From: Eledone cirrhosa
Lineage: Eukaryota
NCBI GenBank assembly: GCA_964016885.1
Contig: OZ024740.1
Span: forward strand, 10,788,001 to 10,852,000
DNA length: 64,000 bases
Direction of reading: 5' to 3'
Under the pieces are notes generated by a model. The model had not been told where the DNA came from, made no database searches, and saw nothing but the letters and a program-made list of their open reading frames with translations. Shown one piece after another: positions 45,015 through 60,200 of the stretch. Position numbers and translations under genes: made by a program. Each line of letters opens with the position of its first letter. Position 1 is the first letter of the stretch.

Positions 45015-45108
45015 ATAGTAGTAGTAGTAGTAATAGTATCAGTAGTAGTAATAGTATCAGTAGTAGTAGTAATAGTATCAGTAGTAGTTGTAGTAGTAGT
45101 AGTAGTAA

Positions 45109-45146
<38 letters not shown>

Positions 45147-45181
45147 ATAGTAGTAGTAGTAATAGTAGAAGTAATAGTATC

Positions 45182-45248
<67 letters not shown>

Positions 45249-48200
45249 GTAGTAATAGTAGAAGTAGTATCAGTAGTAGTTGTAGTAGTAGTAGTAGTGT
45301 TGGTAGTTGTGTTTTTTCACAGAACAAAATTATTTTTAGGAATAGTCTCAATTGTGTTAAAGGATTGGTCAAGAGTTCAGATGGGGGTGGCGAAGGGGGA
45401 GGATGTAAGCTAGGGACAATTGGTATAGGGGAGACAGGTAAATCAGAGAGGAAAATGGGATTGTCAAAAGAAATTCTATTTTAGGAATATGAACTCTCTG
45501 TAACCAGGGAACGTGAGGCCGCCTGTGAGATGTGGGACCGGCTGGGACTTTGCCCAGTAGACGTCCCACCACCTTCTCCTCCTGCTGATGTCAAGTCCTC
45601 TCAAAACACTTGAGATGCCATCCAGTGCAGCCTGGCCTCAGACAGGGTCACGCACCAGCTCGAGCAGCACTGCCTTGCCTGTTTTCGTGCAGCCTCCAAA
45701 TCCCACAGTGGTGCCTGGCCCCATGCCTTGCCCTCTTCTCCACTGGCACAGAGCTGGATAACAATAGCCTGCACATCAGCATTTCCTTGAGGCTTGGCCT
45801 CTGGATCTGCGAGACACACCAATGTTACTGCGAATCTACCGTGGACTCTTTAGACTTCATCCGCTCTCCTGTTGCCACAGTGCCGGCCGCCTTCCACCCG
45901 ATGCTGCCCTCAACGAGGTCATTAAGCATGGCTTGGATGCTGCAGGCTTCCCTTCCCAGCTCGAGCCGGTGGGACTGGATTGAGGGGACGGCAAAAGGCC
46001 AGATGGCATGACCATCTTCCTGTTCCGCGGTGGCAAACCCCTCACCTGGGATGCCACTTGCACCGACACTTTCTGCAGCCGCAACCTGGTGCAATCTGCG
46101 ACTGACCCAAGTTCTGCTGCACGTCCTCAAATACCGGTCATTCTCCGACAGGTTTGCGGTTGTACACTTGGCAGTGGAGACTTCTGGTGTCCTCAGCCCA
46201 AGGGCTACCCCCTACTCACCACCATAAGCACTGAGCTGGCCAGCCGCAGGTGTGAGCCTCGAGAGTTGGAATGGCTTTTCCAACTCGTCTCTCTTGCCGT
46301 CCTCCAGGGAAACACCTTCTCTATTCTGTCCACTGAATTATAAGTGATCAGTTGACTTGCTAGAAATAGCAACCAAGTTTCTTAGTAAAATATAGTTAAT
46401 TTAGATTTAGACTTTAGTAAAATATACTTAATTTAGATTTAAACTGTTAAATAAATTAGCAATAAGTGAAATGTTACCTAAAAATATGTTTTTACATTTC
46501 AGTTAATCGGGATATCATACCTACAAGTAAGCAGAATATTTCCTAATTCCACTTTGTTTTTTCTATATATATTTTCTTTATGTAACTGTAAATATAGATA
46601 TAATTAATCAACATTTAAATACAAACATTGTCTCATGTATAACACTGGAAGTTAAAATTGAACACTGTCATGGTTCAAAATAACAGACACCAAAGTATTT
46701 CAAGAACTTATTAATGTACTTATTCTTTTGTAATCAAATGGCATGATGGTTAGGGCATAGTATACCACACAGCACACACTTATATGTAAGGTGATCGTCC
46801 ATCTTGGAAAAGTACTTAGGACAACTACATTACTAACAACATCACTTTAATACTAGTGGTAACTGATTAGTGAAGGACTTCGTTGGTAATAACAATGGAG
46901 AAACTGATGGAATAGTACAGGAAGATATAGGTAAGAGAGCAATAGGTAACATATGGCAGATAAACATTGATGAAACTGGTTATCACAACTGCTCTTTAAA
47001 TGTTCTTTCTACCTTTTAACTGATATTTTTACTTCTTGAAGTTTCTATACTATAAATTTTGCTGGATGTGTTGTATGTCTTTTCCAGACTGGTGTCAAGA
47101 TATCTATCATGATATGGTAGTAGATATCATGTAGCTATAACGATAGATACATGTCAATGTTATTACCTTAAAGACTATAGAGATGATGTTGTTCTTTCTG
47201 TGTAGTGAGATTGATGATATCTGTCATTTTAAGACAGGCTCTGTGAAACATCATGTTATTATTATCTGATAAAGTTCTCTATGTCTGAGTCTGGAGTTCC
47301 AGATACCAGAAATTGGACATTTGGGGAATCGGTGCAGTATTTCAATGGAATTTCTATCTTCAACATCGTGGATTTCTGTTATTCTTACAAACATCAGACC
47401 AAAGAATATGGTGAAAGTTTGAGTGTTTCTTCACAGATATGTCTTCGTATGGATTTCCATTGAGAAGCCCTCATAGATTTCAAGGTTTTACCTGTCCCAT
47501 CCATAGGGATTCTCATGCATCTGTATGATCCTTATAATGTATATGAAAGGAGCATGTTATATTTTCCATCATAGCCACAGACCACTGATGATTACACCAT
47601 TGAGCTCGTTATTAAAATCAACACACATAATATACATACCTTATTCAACTTGTTGGCAATTCTGTTGGAGTTGTCCTGAAATATATAACATAACGTTGCT
47701 AGTCCTGCTTTACTGAAATCACATTGATATTCAGTTGGTATTGTTCTGTAATTATAGGTCACTGGTATATATAGCAATAATCTGACAAGGATTTCTGCTG
47801 CAAAATATTCCACGATATTTATAGCAGCTGAAATCTACAAGTATGTCTGACATTTTAACTAAAATTTAGTAAAATTTACTTAATTTAGATTTAAATGTTA
47901 AATAAGCAATATTTTACCTTAAAATATGTTTTTACATTTCAGGTAATCATCATCGCAAACTTTCAAGTAAGCAGACTATTTCCTAATCCCACTTTGTTTT
48001 TTCTATATATTCTCTTTATGTAACTGTAAATATAGATATAATTAATCAACATTTAAATACAAATATTGTCTCATGTATAAACACTGGAAGTTAAAATTGA
48101 ACACTGTCATGGTTCAAAATGACAGACACCAAAGTATTTCAAGAACTTATTAAAGTACTTATTCTTTTGTAATCAAATGGCATGATGGTTAGGGCATAGT

Positions 48201-51200
48201 ATACCACACAGCACACACTTATATGTAAGGTGATCGTCCATCTTGGAAAAGTACTTAGGACAACTACATTACTAACAACATCACTTTAATACTAGTGGTA
48301 ACTGATTAGTGAAGGACTTCGTTGGTAATAACAATGGAGAAACTGATGGAATAGTACAGGAAGATATAGGTAAGAGAGCAATAGGTAACATATGGCAGAT
48401 AAACATTGATGAAACTGGTTATCACAACTGCTCTTTAAATGTTCTTTCTACATTTTAACTGATATTTTTACTTCTTGAAGTTTCTATACTATAAACTTTG
48501 CTGGATGTGTTGTATGTCTTTTCCAGACTGGTGTCAAGATATCTATCATGATATGGTAGTAGATATCATGTAGCTGTAACGATAGATAAATGTCAATGTT
48601 ATTTCCTTAAAGACTATATAGAGATGATGTTGTTCTTTCTGTGTAGTGAGATTGATGATATCTGTCATTTTAAGACAGGCTCTGTGAAACATCATGTTAT
48701 TATTATCTGATAAAGTTCTCTATGTCTAGGTGTGGAGTTCTAGATACCAGAAATTGAACATTTGGGGAATCGGTGCAGTATTTCAATGGAATTTCTATCT
48801 TCAACATCGTGGATTTCTGTTATTCTTACAAACATCAGACCAACGAATATGGTGAAAGTTTGAGTGTTTCTACACAGATATGTCTTTCTATGGATTTCCA
48901 TTGAGAAGCCCTCTTAGAGTTCAAGGTTTTACCTGTCCCATCCATAGGGATTCTCCTGCATCTGTATGATCCTTATAATGTATATGAAAGGAGCATGTTA
49001 TATTTTCCATCATGGCCACAGACCACTGATAATTACACCGTTGAGCTCGTTATTAAAATCAACACACATAATATACATACCTTATTCAACTTGTTGGCAA
49101 TTCTGTTGGAGTTGTCCTGAAATATATAACATAACGTTGCTAGTCCTGCTTTACTGAAATCACATTGATATTCAGTTGGTATTGTTCTGTAATTATAGGT
49201 CACTGGTATATATAGCAATAATCTGACAAGGATTTCTGCTGCAAAATATTCCACGATATTTATAGCAGCTGAAATCTACAAGTATGTCTGATATTTTAAC
49301 TAAAATTTAGTAAAATTTACTTAATTTAGATTTAAATGTTAAATAAGCAATATTTTACCTTAAAATATGTTTTTACATTTCAGGTAAACATCATCGCATA
49401 CTTTCAAGTAAGCAGAATATTTCCTAATCCCACTTTGTTTTTTCTATATATTCTCTTTATGTAACTGTAAATATAGATATAATTAATCAACATTTAAATA
49501 CAAATATTGTCTCATGTATAAACACTGGAAGTTAAAATTGAACACTGTCATGGTTCAAAATGACAGACACCAAAGTATTTCAAGAACTTATTAAAGTACT
49601 TATTCTTTTGTAATCAAATGGCATGATGGTTAGGGCATAGTATACCACACAGCACACACTTATATGTAAGGTGATCGTCCATCTTGGAAAAGTACTTAGG
49701 ACAACTACATTACTAACAACATCACTTTAATACTAGTGGTAACTGATTAGTGAAGGACTTCGTTGGTAATAACAATGGAGAAACTGATGGAATAGTACAG
49801 GAAGATATAGGTAAAAGAGCAATAGGTAACATATGGCAGATAAACATTGATGAAACTGGTTATCACAACTGCTCTTTAAATGTTCTTTCTACCTTTTAAC
49901 TGATATTTTTACTTCTTGAAGTTTCTATACTATAAACTTTGCTGGATGTGTTGTATGTCTTTTCCAGACTGGTGTCAAGATATCTATCATGATGTGTTAG
50001 TAGATACCATGGAGCTGTAACGATAGATAAATGTCAATGTTATTTCCTTAAAGACTATAGAGATGATGTTGTTCTTTCTGTGTAGTGAGATTGATGATAT
50101 CTGTCATTTTAAGACAGGCTCTGTGAAACATCATGTTATTATTATCTGATAAAGTTCTCTATGTCTGAGTCTGGAGTTCTAGATACCAGAAATTGGACAT
50201 TTGGGGAATCGGTGCAGTATTTCAATGGAATTTCTATCTTCAACATCGTGGATTTCTGTTATTCTTACAAACATCAGACCAAAGAATATGGTGAAAGTTT
50301 GAGTGTTTCTACACAGATATGTCTTTGTATGGATTTCCATTGAGAAGCCCTCTTAGAGTTCAAGGTTTTACCTGTCCCATCCATAGGGATTCTCATGCAT
50401 CTGTATGATCCTTATAATGTATATGAAAGGAGCATGTTATATTTTCCATCATGGCCACAGACCACTGATGATTACACCATTGAGCTCGTTATTAAAATCA
50501 ACACACATAATATACATACCTTATTCAACTTGTTGGCAATTCTGTTGGAGTTGTCCTGAAATATATAACATAACGTTGCTAGTCCTGCTTTACTGAAATC
50601 ACATTGATATTCAGTTGGTATTGTTCTGTAATTATAGGTCACTAGTATATATAGCAATAACCTGACAAGGATTTCTGCTGCAAAATATTCCACGATATTT
50701 TTAGCAGCTGAAATCTACAAGTATGTCTGACAATTTAACTAAAATTTAGTAAAATTTACTTAATTTAGATTTAAATGTTAAATAAGCAATATTTTACCTT
50801 AAAATATGTTTTTACATTTCAGGTAATCATCATCGCATACCTACACGTAAGCAGAATATTTCCTAATCCCACTTTGTTTTTTCTATATATTCTCTTTATG
50901 TAACTGTAAATATAGATATAATTAATCAACGTTTAAATACAAATATTGTCTCATGTATAAACACTGGAAGTTAAAATTGAACACTGTCATGGTTCAAAAT
51001 GACAGACACCAAAGTATTTCAAGAACTTATTAAAGTACTTATTCTTTTGTAATCAAATGGCATGATGGTTAGGGCATAGTATACCACACAGCACACACTT
51101 ATATGTAAGGTGATCGTCCATCTTGGAAAAGTACTTAGGACAACTACATTACTAACAACATCACTTTAATACTAGTGGTAACTGATTAGTGAAGGACTTC

Positions 51201-54200
51201 GTTGGTAATAACAATGGAGAAACTGATGGAATAGTACAGGAAGATATAGGTAAAAGAGCAATAGGTAACATATGGCAGATAAACATTGATGAAACTGGTT
51301 ATCACAACTGCTCTTTAAATGTTCTTTCTACATTTTAACTGATATTTTTACTTCTTGAAGTTTCTATACTATAAACTTTGCTGGATGTGTTGTATGTCTT
51401 TTCCAGACTGGTGTCAAGATATCTATCATGATATGGTAGTAGATATCATGTAGCTGTAACGATAGATAAATGTCAATGTTATTTCCTTAAAGACTATATA
51501 GAGATGATGTTGTTCTTTCTGTGTAGTGAGATTGATGATATCTGTCATTTTAAGACAGGCTCTGTGAAACATCATGTTATTATTATCTGATAAAGTTCTC
51601 TATGTCTAGGTGTGGAGTTCTAGATACCAGAAATTGAACATTTGGGGAATCGGTGCAGTATTTCAATGGAATTTCTATCTTCAACATCGTGGATTTCTGT
51701 TATTCTTACAAACATCAGACCAAAGAATATGGTGAAAGTTTGAGTGTTTCTTCACAGATATGTCTTCGTATGGATTTCCATTGAGAAGCCCTCTTAGAGT
51801 TCAAGGTTTTACCTGTCCCATCCATAGGGATTCTCCTGCATCTGTATGATCCTTATAATGTATATGAAAGGAGCATGTTATATTTTCCATCATGGCCACA
51901 GACCACTGATAATTACACCGTTGAGCTCGTTATTAAAATCAACACACATAATATACATACCTTATTCAACTTGTTGGCAATTCTGTTGGAGTTGTCCTGA
52001 AATATATAACATAACGTTGCTAGTCCTGCTTTACTGAAATCACATTGATATTCAGTTGGTATTGTTCTGTAATTATAGGTCACTGGTATATATAGCAATA
52101 ATCTGACAAGGATTTCTGCTGCAAAATATTCCACGATATTTATAGCAGCTGAAATCTACAAGTATGTCTGATATTTTAACTAAAATTTAGTAAAATTTAC
52201 TTAATTTAGATTTAAATGTTAAATAAGCAATATTTTACCTTAAAATATGTTTTTACATTTCAGGTAAACATCATCGCATACTTTCAAGTAAGCAGAATAT
52301 TTCCTAATCCCACTTTGTTTTTTCTATATATTCTCTTTATGTAACTGTAAATATAGATATAATTAATCAACATTTAAATACAAATATTGTCTCATGTATA
52401 ACACTGGAAGTTAAAATTGAACACTGTCATGGTTCAAAATGACAGACACCAAAGTATTTCAAGAACTTATTAAAGTACTTATTCTTTTGTAATCAAATGG
52501 CATGATGGTTAGGGCATAGTATACCACACGGCACACACTTATATGTAAGGTGATCGTCCATCTTGGAAAAGTACTTAGGACAACTACATTACTAACAACA
52601 TCACTTTAATACTAGTGGTAACTGATTAGTGAAGGACTTCGTTGGTAATAACAATGGAGAAACTGATGGAATAGTACAGGAAGATATAGGTAAAAGAGCA
52701 ATAGGTAACATATGGCAGATAAACATTGATGAAACTGGTTATCACAACTGCTCTTTAAATGTTCTTTCTACCTTTTAACTGATATTTTTACTTCTTGAAG
52801 TTTCTATACTATAAACTTTGCTGGATGTGTTGTATGTCTTTTCCAGACTGGTGTCAAGATATCTATCATGATGTGTTAGTAGATACCATGGAGCTGTAAC
52901 GATAGATAAATGTCAATGTTATTTCCTTAAAGACTATAGAGATGATGTTGTTCTTTCTGTGTAGTGAGATTGATGATATCTGTCATTTTAAGACAGGCTC
53001 TGTGAAACATCATGTTATTATTATCTGATAAAGTTCTCTATGTCTGAGTCTGGAGTTCTAGATACCAGAAATTGGACATTTGGGGAATCGGTGCAGTATT
53101 TCAATGGAATTTCTATCTTCAACATCGTGGATTTCTGTTATTCTTACAAACATCAGACCAAAGAATATGGTGAAAGTTTGAGTGTTTCTTCACAGATATG
53201 TCTTCGTATGGATTTCCATTGAGAAGCCCTCTTAGAGTTCAAGGTTTTACCTGTCCCATCCATAGGGATTCTCCTGCATCTGTATGATCCTTATAATGTA
53301 TATGAAAGGAGCATGTTATATTTTCCATCATGGCCACAGACCACTGATAATTACACCGTTGAGCTCGTTATTAAAATCAACACACATAATATACATACCT
53401 TATTCAACTTGTTGGCAATTCTGTTGGAGTTGTCCTGAAATATATAACATAACGTTGCTAGTCCTGCTTTACTGAAATCACATTGATATTCAGTTGGTAT
53501 TGTTCTGTAATTATAGGTCACTGGTATATATAGCAATAATCTGACAAGGATTTCTGCTGCAAAATATTCCACGATATTTATAGCAGCTGAAATCTACAAG
53601 TATGTCTGATATTTTAACTAAAATTTAGTAAAATTTACTTAATTTAGATTTAAATGTTAAATAAGCAATATTTTACCTTAAAATATGTTTTTACATTTCA
53701 GGTAAACATCATCGCATACTTTCAAGTAAGCAGAATATTTCCTAATCCCACTTTGTTTTTTCTATATATTCTCTTTATGTAACTGTAAATATAGATATAA
53801 TTAATCAACATTTAAATACAAATATTGTCTCATGTATAAACACTGGAAGTTAAAATTGAACACTGTCATGGTTCAAAATGACAGACACCAAAGTATTTCA
53901 AGAACTTATTAAAGTACTTATTCTTTTGTAATCAAATGGCATGATGGTTAGGGCATAGTATACCACACAGCACACACTTATATGTAAGGTGATCGTCCAT
54001 CTTGGAAAAGTACTTAGGACAACTACATTACTAACAACATCACTTTAATACTAGTGGTAACTGATTAGTGAAGGACTTCGTTGGTAATAACAATGGAGAA
54101 ACTGATGGAATAGTACAGGAAGATATAGGTAAAAGAGCAATAGGTAACATATGGCAGATAAACATTGATGAAACTGGTTATCACAACTGCTCTTTAAATG

Positions 54201-57200
54201 TTCTTTCTACCTTTTAACTGATATTTTTACTTCTTGAAGTTTCTATACTATAAACTTTGCTGGATGTGTTGTATGTCTTTTCCAGACTGGTGTCAAGATA
54301 TCTATCATGATGTGTTAGTAGATACCATGGAGCTGTAACGATAGATAAATGTCAATGTTATTTCCTTAAAGACTATAGAGATGATGTTGTTCTTTCTGTG
54401 TAGTGAGATTGATGATATCTGTCATTTTAAGACAGGCTCTGTGAAACATCATGTTATTATTATCTGATAAAGTTCTCTATGTCTGAGTCTGGAGTTCTAG
54501 ATACCAGAAATTGGACATTTGGGGAATCGGTGCAGTATTTCAATGGAATTTCTATCTTCAACATCGTGGATTTCTGTTATTCTTACAAACATCAGACCAA
54601 AGAATATGGTGAAAGTTTGAGTGTTTCTACACAGATATGTCTTTGTATGGATTTCCATTGAGAAGCCCTCTTAGAGTTCAAGGTTTTACCTGTCCCATCC
54701 ATAGGGATTCTCATGCATCTGTATGATCCTTATAATGTATATGAAAGGAGCATGTTATATTTTCCATCATGGCCACAGACCACTGATGATTACACCATTG
54801 AGCTCGTTATTAAAATCAACACACATAATATACATACCTTATTCAACTTGTTGGCAATTCTGTTGGAGTTGTCCTGAAATATATAACATAACGTTGCTAG
54901 TCCTGCTTTACTGAAATCACATTGATATTCAGTTGGTATTGTTCTGTAATTATAGGTCACTAGTATATATAGCAATAACCTGACAAGGATTTCTGCTGCA
55001 AAATATTCCACGATATTTTTAGCAGCTGAAATCTACAAGTATGTCTGACAATTTAACTAAAATTTAGTAAAATTTACTTAATTTAGATTTAAATGTTAAA
55101 TAAGCAATATTTTACCTTAAAATATGTTTTTACATTTCAGGTAATCATCATCGCATACCTACACGTAAGCAGAATATTTCCTAATCCCACTTTGTTTTTT
55201 CTATATATTTTCTTTATGTAACTGTAAATATAGATATAATTAATCAACGTTTAAATACAAATATTGTCTCATGTATAAACACTGGAAGTTAAAATTGAAC
55301 ACTGTCATGGTTCAAAATGACAGACACCAAAGTATTTCAAGAACTTATTAATGTACTTATTCTTTTGTAATCAAATGGCATGATGGTTAGGGCATAGTAT
55401 ACCACACAGCACACACTTATATGTAAGGTGATCGTCCATCTTGGAAAAGTACTTAGGACAACTACATTACTAACAACATCACTTTAATACTAGTGGTAAC
55501 TGATTAGTGAAGGACTTCGTTGGTAATAACAATGGAGAAACTGATGGAATAGTACGGGAAGATATAGGTAAGAGAGCAATAGGTAACATATGGCAGATAA
55601 ACATTGATGAAACTGGTTATCACAACTGCTCTTTAAATGTTCTTTCTACATTTTAACTGATATTTTTACTTCTTGAAGTTTCTATACTATAAACTTTGCT
55701 GGATGTGTTGTATGTCTTTTCCAGACTGGTGTCAAGATATCTATCATGATATGGTAGTAGATATCATGTAGCTGTAACGATAGATAAATGTCAATGTTAT
55801 TTCCTTAAAGACTATATAGAGATGATGTTGTTCTTTCTGTGTAGTGAGATTGATGATATCTGTCATTTTAAGACAGGCTCTGTGAAACATCATGTTATTA
55901 TTATCTGATAAAGTTCTCTATGTCTAGGTGTGGAGTTCTAGATACCAGAAATTGAACATTTGGGGAATCGGTGCAGTATTTCAATGGAATTTCTATCTTC
56001 AACATCGTGGATTTCTGTTATTCTTACAAACATCAGACCAAAGAATATGGTGAAAGTTTGAGTGTTTCTTCACAGATATGTCTTCGTATGGATTTCCATT
56101 GAGAAGCCCTCTTAGAGTTCAAGGTTTTACCTGTCCCATCCATAGGGATTCTCCTGCATCTGTATGATCCTTATAATGTATATGAAAGGAGCATGTTATA
56201 TTTTCCATCATGGCCACAGACCACTGATAATTACACCGTTGAGCTCGTTATTAAAATCAACACACATAATATACATACCTTATTCAACTTGTTGGCAATT
56301 CTGTTGGAGTTGTCCTGAAATATATAACATAACGTTGCTAGTCCTGCTTTACTGAAATCACATTGATATTCAGTTGGTATTGTTCTGTAATTATAGGTCA
56401 CTGGTATATATAGCAATAATCTGACAAGGATTTCTGCTGCAAAATATTCCACGATATTTATAGCAGCTGAAATCTACAAGTATGTCTGATATTTTAACTA
56501 AAATTTAGTAAAATTTACTTAATTTAGATTTAAATGTTAAATAAGCAATATTTTACCTTAAAATATGTTTTTACATTTCAGGTAAACATCATCGCATACT
56601 TTCAAGTAAGCAGAATATTTCCTAATCCCACTTTGTTTTTTCTATATATTCTCTTTATGTAACTGTAAATATAGATATAATTAATCAACATTTAAATACA
56701 AATATTGTCTCATGTATAACACTGGAAGTTAAAATTGAACACTGTCATGGTTCAAAATGACAGACACCAAAGTATTTCAAGAACTTATTAAAGTACTTAT
56801 TCTTTTGTAATCAAATGGCATGATGGTTAGGGCATAGTATACCACACGGCACACACTTATATGTAAGGTGATCGTCCATCTTGGAAAAGTACTTAGGACA
56901 ACTACATTACTAACAACATCACTTTAATACTAGTGGTAACTGATTAGTGAAGGACTTCGTTGGTAATAACAATGGAGAAACTGATGGAATAGTACAGGAA
57001 GATATAGGTAAAAGAGCAATAGGTAACATATGGCAGATAAACATTGATGAAACTGGTTATCACAACTGCTCTTTAAATGTTCTTTCTACCTTTTAACTGA
57101 TATTTTTACTTCTTGAAGTTTCTATACTATAAACTTTGCTGGATGTGTTGTATGTCTTTTCCAGACTGGTGTCAAGATATCTATCATGATGTGTTAGTAG

Positions 57201-60200
57201 ATACCATGGAGCTGTAACGATAGATAAATGTCAATGTTATTTCCTTAAAGACTATAGAGATGATGTTGTTCTTTCTGTGTAGTGAGATTGATGATATCTG
57301 TCATTTTAAGACAGGCTCTGTGAAACATCATGTTATTATTATCTGATAAAGTTCTCTATGTCTGAGTCTGGAGTTCTAGATACCAGAAATTGGACATTTG
57401 GGGAATCGGTGCAGTATTTCAATGGAATTTCTATCTTCAACATCGTGGATTTCTGTTATTCTTACAAACATCAGACCAAAGAATATGGTGAAAGTTTGAG
57501 TGTTTCTTCACAGATATGTCTTTGTATGGATTTCCATTGAGAAGCCCTCTTAGAGTTCAAGGTTTTACCTGTCCCATCCATAGGGATTCTCATGCATCTG
57601 TATGATCCTTATAATGTATATGAAAGGAGCATGTTATATTTTCCATCATGGCCACAGACCACTGATGATTACACCATTGAGCTCGTTATTAAAATCAACA
57701 CACATAATATACATACCTTATTCAACTTGTTGGCAATTCTGTTGGAGTTGTCCTGAAATATATAACATAACGTTGCTAGTCCTGCTTTACTGAAATCACA
57801 TTGATATTCAGTTGGTATTGTTCTGTAATTATAGGTCACTAGTATATATAGCAATAATCTGACAAGGATTTCTGCTGCAAAATATTCCACGATATTTATA
57901 GCAGCTGAAATCTACAAGTATGTCTGACATTTTAACTAAAATTTAGTAAAATTTACTTAATTTAGATTTAAATGTTAAATAAGCAATATTTTACTTTAAA
58001 ATATGTTTTTACATTTCAGGTAATCATCATCGCATACTTTCAAGTAAGCAGAATATTTCCTAATCCCACTTTGTTTTTTCTATATATTTTCTTTATGTAA
58101 CTGTAAATATAGATATAATTAATCAACATTTAAATACAAATATTGTCTCATGTATAAACACTGGAAGTTAAAATTGAACACTGTCATGGTTCAAAATGAC
58201 AGACACCAAAGTATTTCAAGAACTTATTAATGTACTTATTCTTTTGTAATCAAATGGCATGATGGTTAGGGCATAGTATACCACACAGCACACACTTATA
58301 TGTAAGGTGATCATCCATCTTGGAAAAGTACTTAGGACAACTACATTACTAACAACATCACTTTAATACTAGTGGTAACTGATTAGTGAAGGACTTCGTT
58401 GGTAATAACAATGGAGAAACTGATGGAATAGTACAGGAAGATATAGGTAAGAGAGCAATAGGTAACATATGGCAGATAAACATTGATGAAACTGGTTATC
58501 ACAACTGCTCTTTAAATGTTCTTTCTACCTTTTAACTGATATTTTTACTTCTTGAAGTTTCTATACTATAAACGTTGCTGGATGTGTTGTATGTCTTTTC
58601 CAGACTGGTGTCAAGATATCTATCATGATGTGTTAGTAGATACCATGTAGCTGTAACGATAGATAAATGTCAATGTTATTTCCTTAAAGACGGGCGGTGG
58701 ATTGGCAGTATCGGTAGAGGGTCGGACGCCATGCTTTCTAGCATAGTTACGTCCCTTTACGATCTGAGTTCAAATCCCGCCGAGGTTGACTTTGCCTTTC
58801 ATCCTTACGGGTTCGATAAAATAAAGTACCAGTAATGCACTGGGTAATTGCTGGCCTTGTGCCTAACGTAGAAACAGTTATTTCCTTAACGACTATAGAG
58901 ATGATGTTGTTCTTTCTGTGTAGTGAGATTGATGATATCTGTCATTTTAAGACAGGCTCTGTGAAACATCATGTTATTATTATCTGATAAAGTTCTCTAT
59001 GTCTGAGTCTGGAGTTCTAGATACCAGAAATTGGACATTTGGGGAATCGGTGCAGTATTTCAATGGAATTTCTATCTTCAACATCGTGGATTTCTGTTAT
59101 TCTTACAAACATCAGACCAAAGAATATGGTGAAAGTTTGAGTGTTTCTACACAGATATGTCTTTGTATGGATTTCCATTGAGAAGCCCTCTTAGAGTTCA
59201 AGGTTTTACCTGTCCCATCCATAGGGATTCTCATGCATCTGTATGATCCTTATAATGTATATGAAAGGAGCATGTTATATTTTCCATCATGGCCACAGAC
59301 CACTGATGATTACACCATTGAGCTCGTTATTAAAATCAACACACATAATATACATACCTTATTCAACTTGTTGGCAATTCTGTTGGAGTTGTCCTGAAAT
59401 ATATAACATAACGTTGCTAGTCCTGCTTTACTGAAATCACATTGATATTCAGTTGGTATTGTTCTGTAATTATAGGTCACTGGTATATATAGCAATAATC
59501 TGACAAGGATTTCTGCTGCAAAATATTCCACGATATTTATAGCAGCTGAAATCTACAAGTTTGACAAAAATTTACTAATGAATTTCAGACAGGAAAAAAA
59601 GATATATAGTGTTCTTGACTTTAGAAAAATATACTTAATTTAGATTTAAACTGTTAAATAAATTAGCAATAAGTGAAATGTTACCTAACATTATGTTTTT
59701 ACATTTCAGTTAATCGGGATATACCTACAAGTAAGCAGAATATTTCCTAATCCCACTTTGTTTTTTCTATATATATTTTCTTTATGTAACTGTAAATATA
59801 GATATGATTAATCAACATTTAAATACAAATATTGTCTCATGTATAACACTGGAAGTTAAAATTGAACACTGTCATGGTTCAAAATGACAGACACCAAAGT
59901 ATTTCAAGAACTTATTAATGTACTTATTCTTTTGTAATCAAATGGCATGATGGTTAGGGCATAGTATACGACACGGCACACACTTATATGTAAGGTGATC
60001 GTCCATCTTGGAAAAGTACTTAGGACAACTACATTACTAACAACATCACTTTAATACTAGTGGTAACTGATTAGTGAAGGACTTCGTTGGTAATAACAAT
60101 GGAGAAACTGATGCAATAGTTCAGGAAGATATAGGTAAGAGAGCAATAGGTAACATATGGCAGATAAACATTGATGAAACTGGTTATCACAACTGCTCTT

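Noticed and set aside
44912-45484. Poly-Ser and poly-Leu ORFs
   Set aside because: Translation of an (AGT)n microsatellite inside an intron.
47088-47116. Second candidate exon per unit after cttttccAG
   Set aside because: 29 nt is not frame-symmetric, the donor is weak, and it is altered in several units.
59589-59608. Candidate exon after tactaatgaatttcAG in the unique junction before unit 10
   Set aside because: 20 nt would shift the frame, and the donor GTGTTC is poor.
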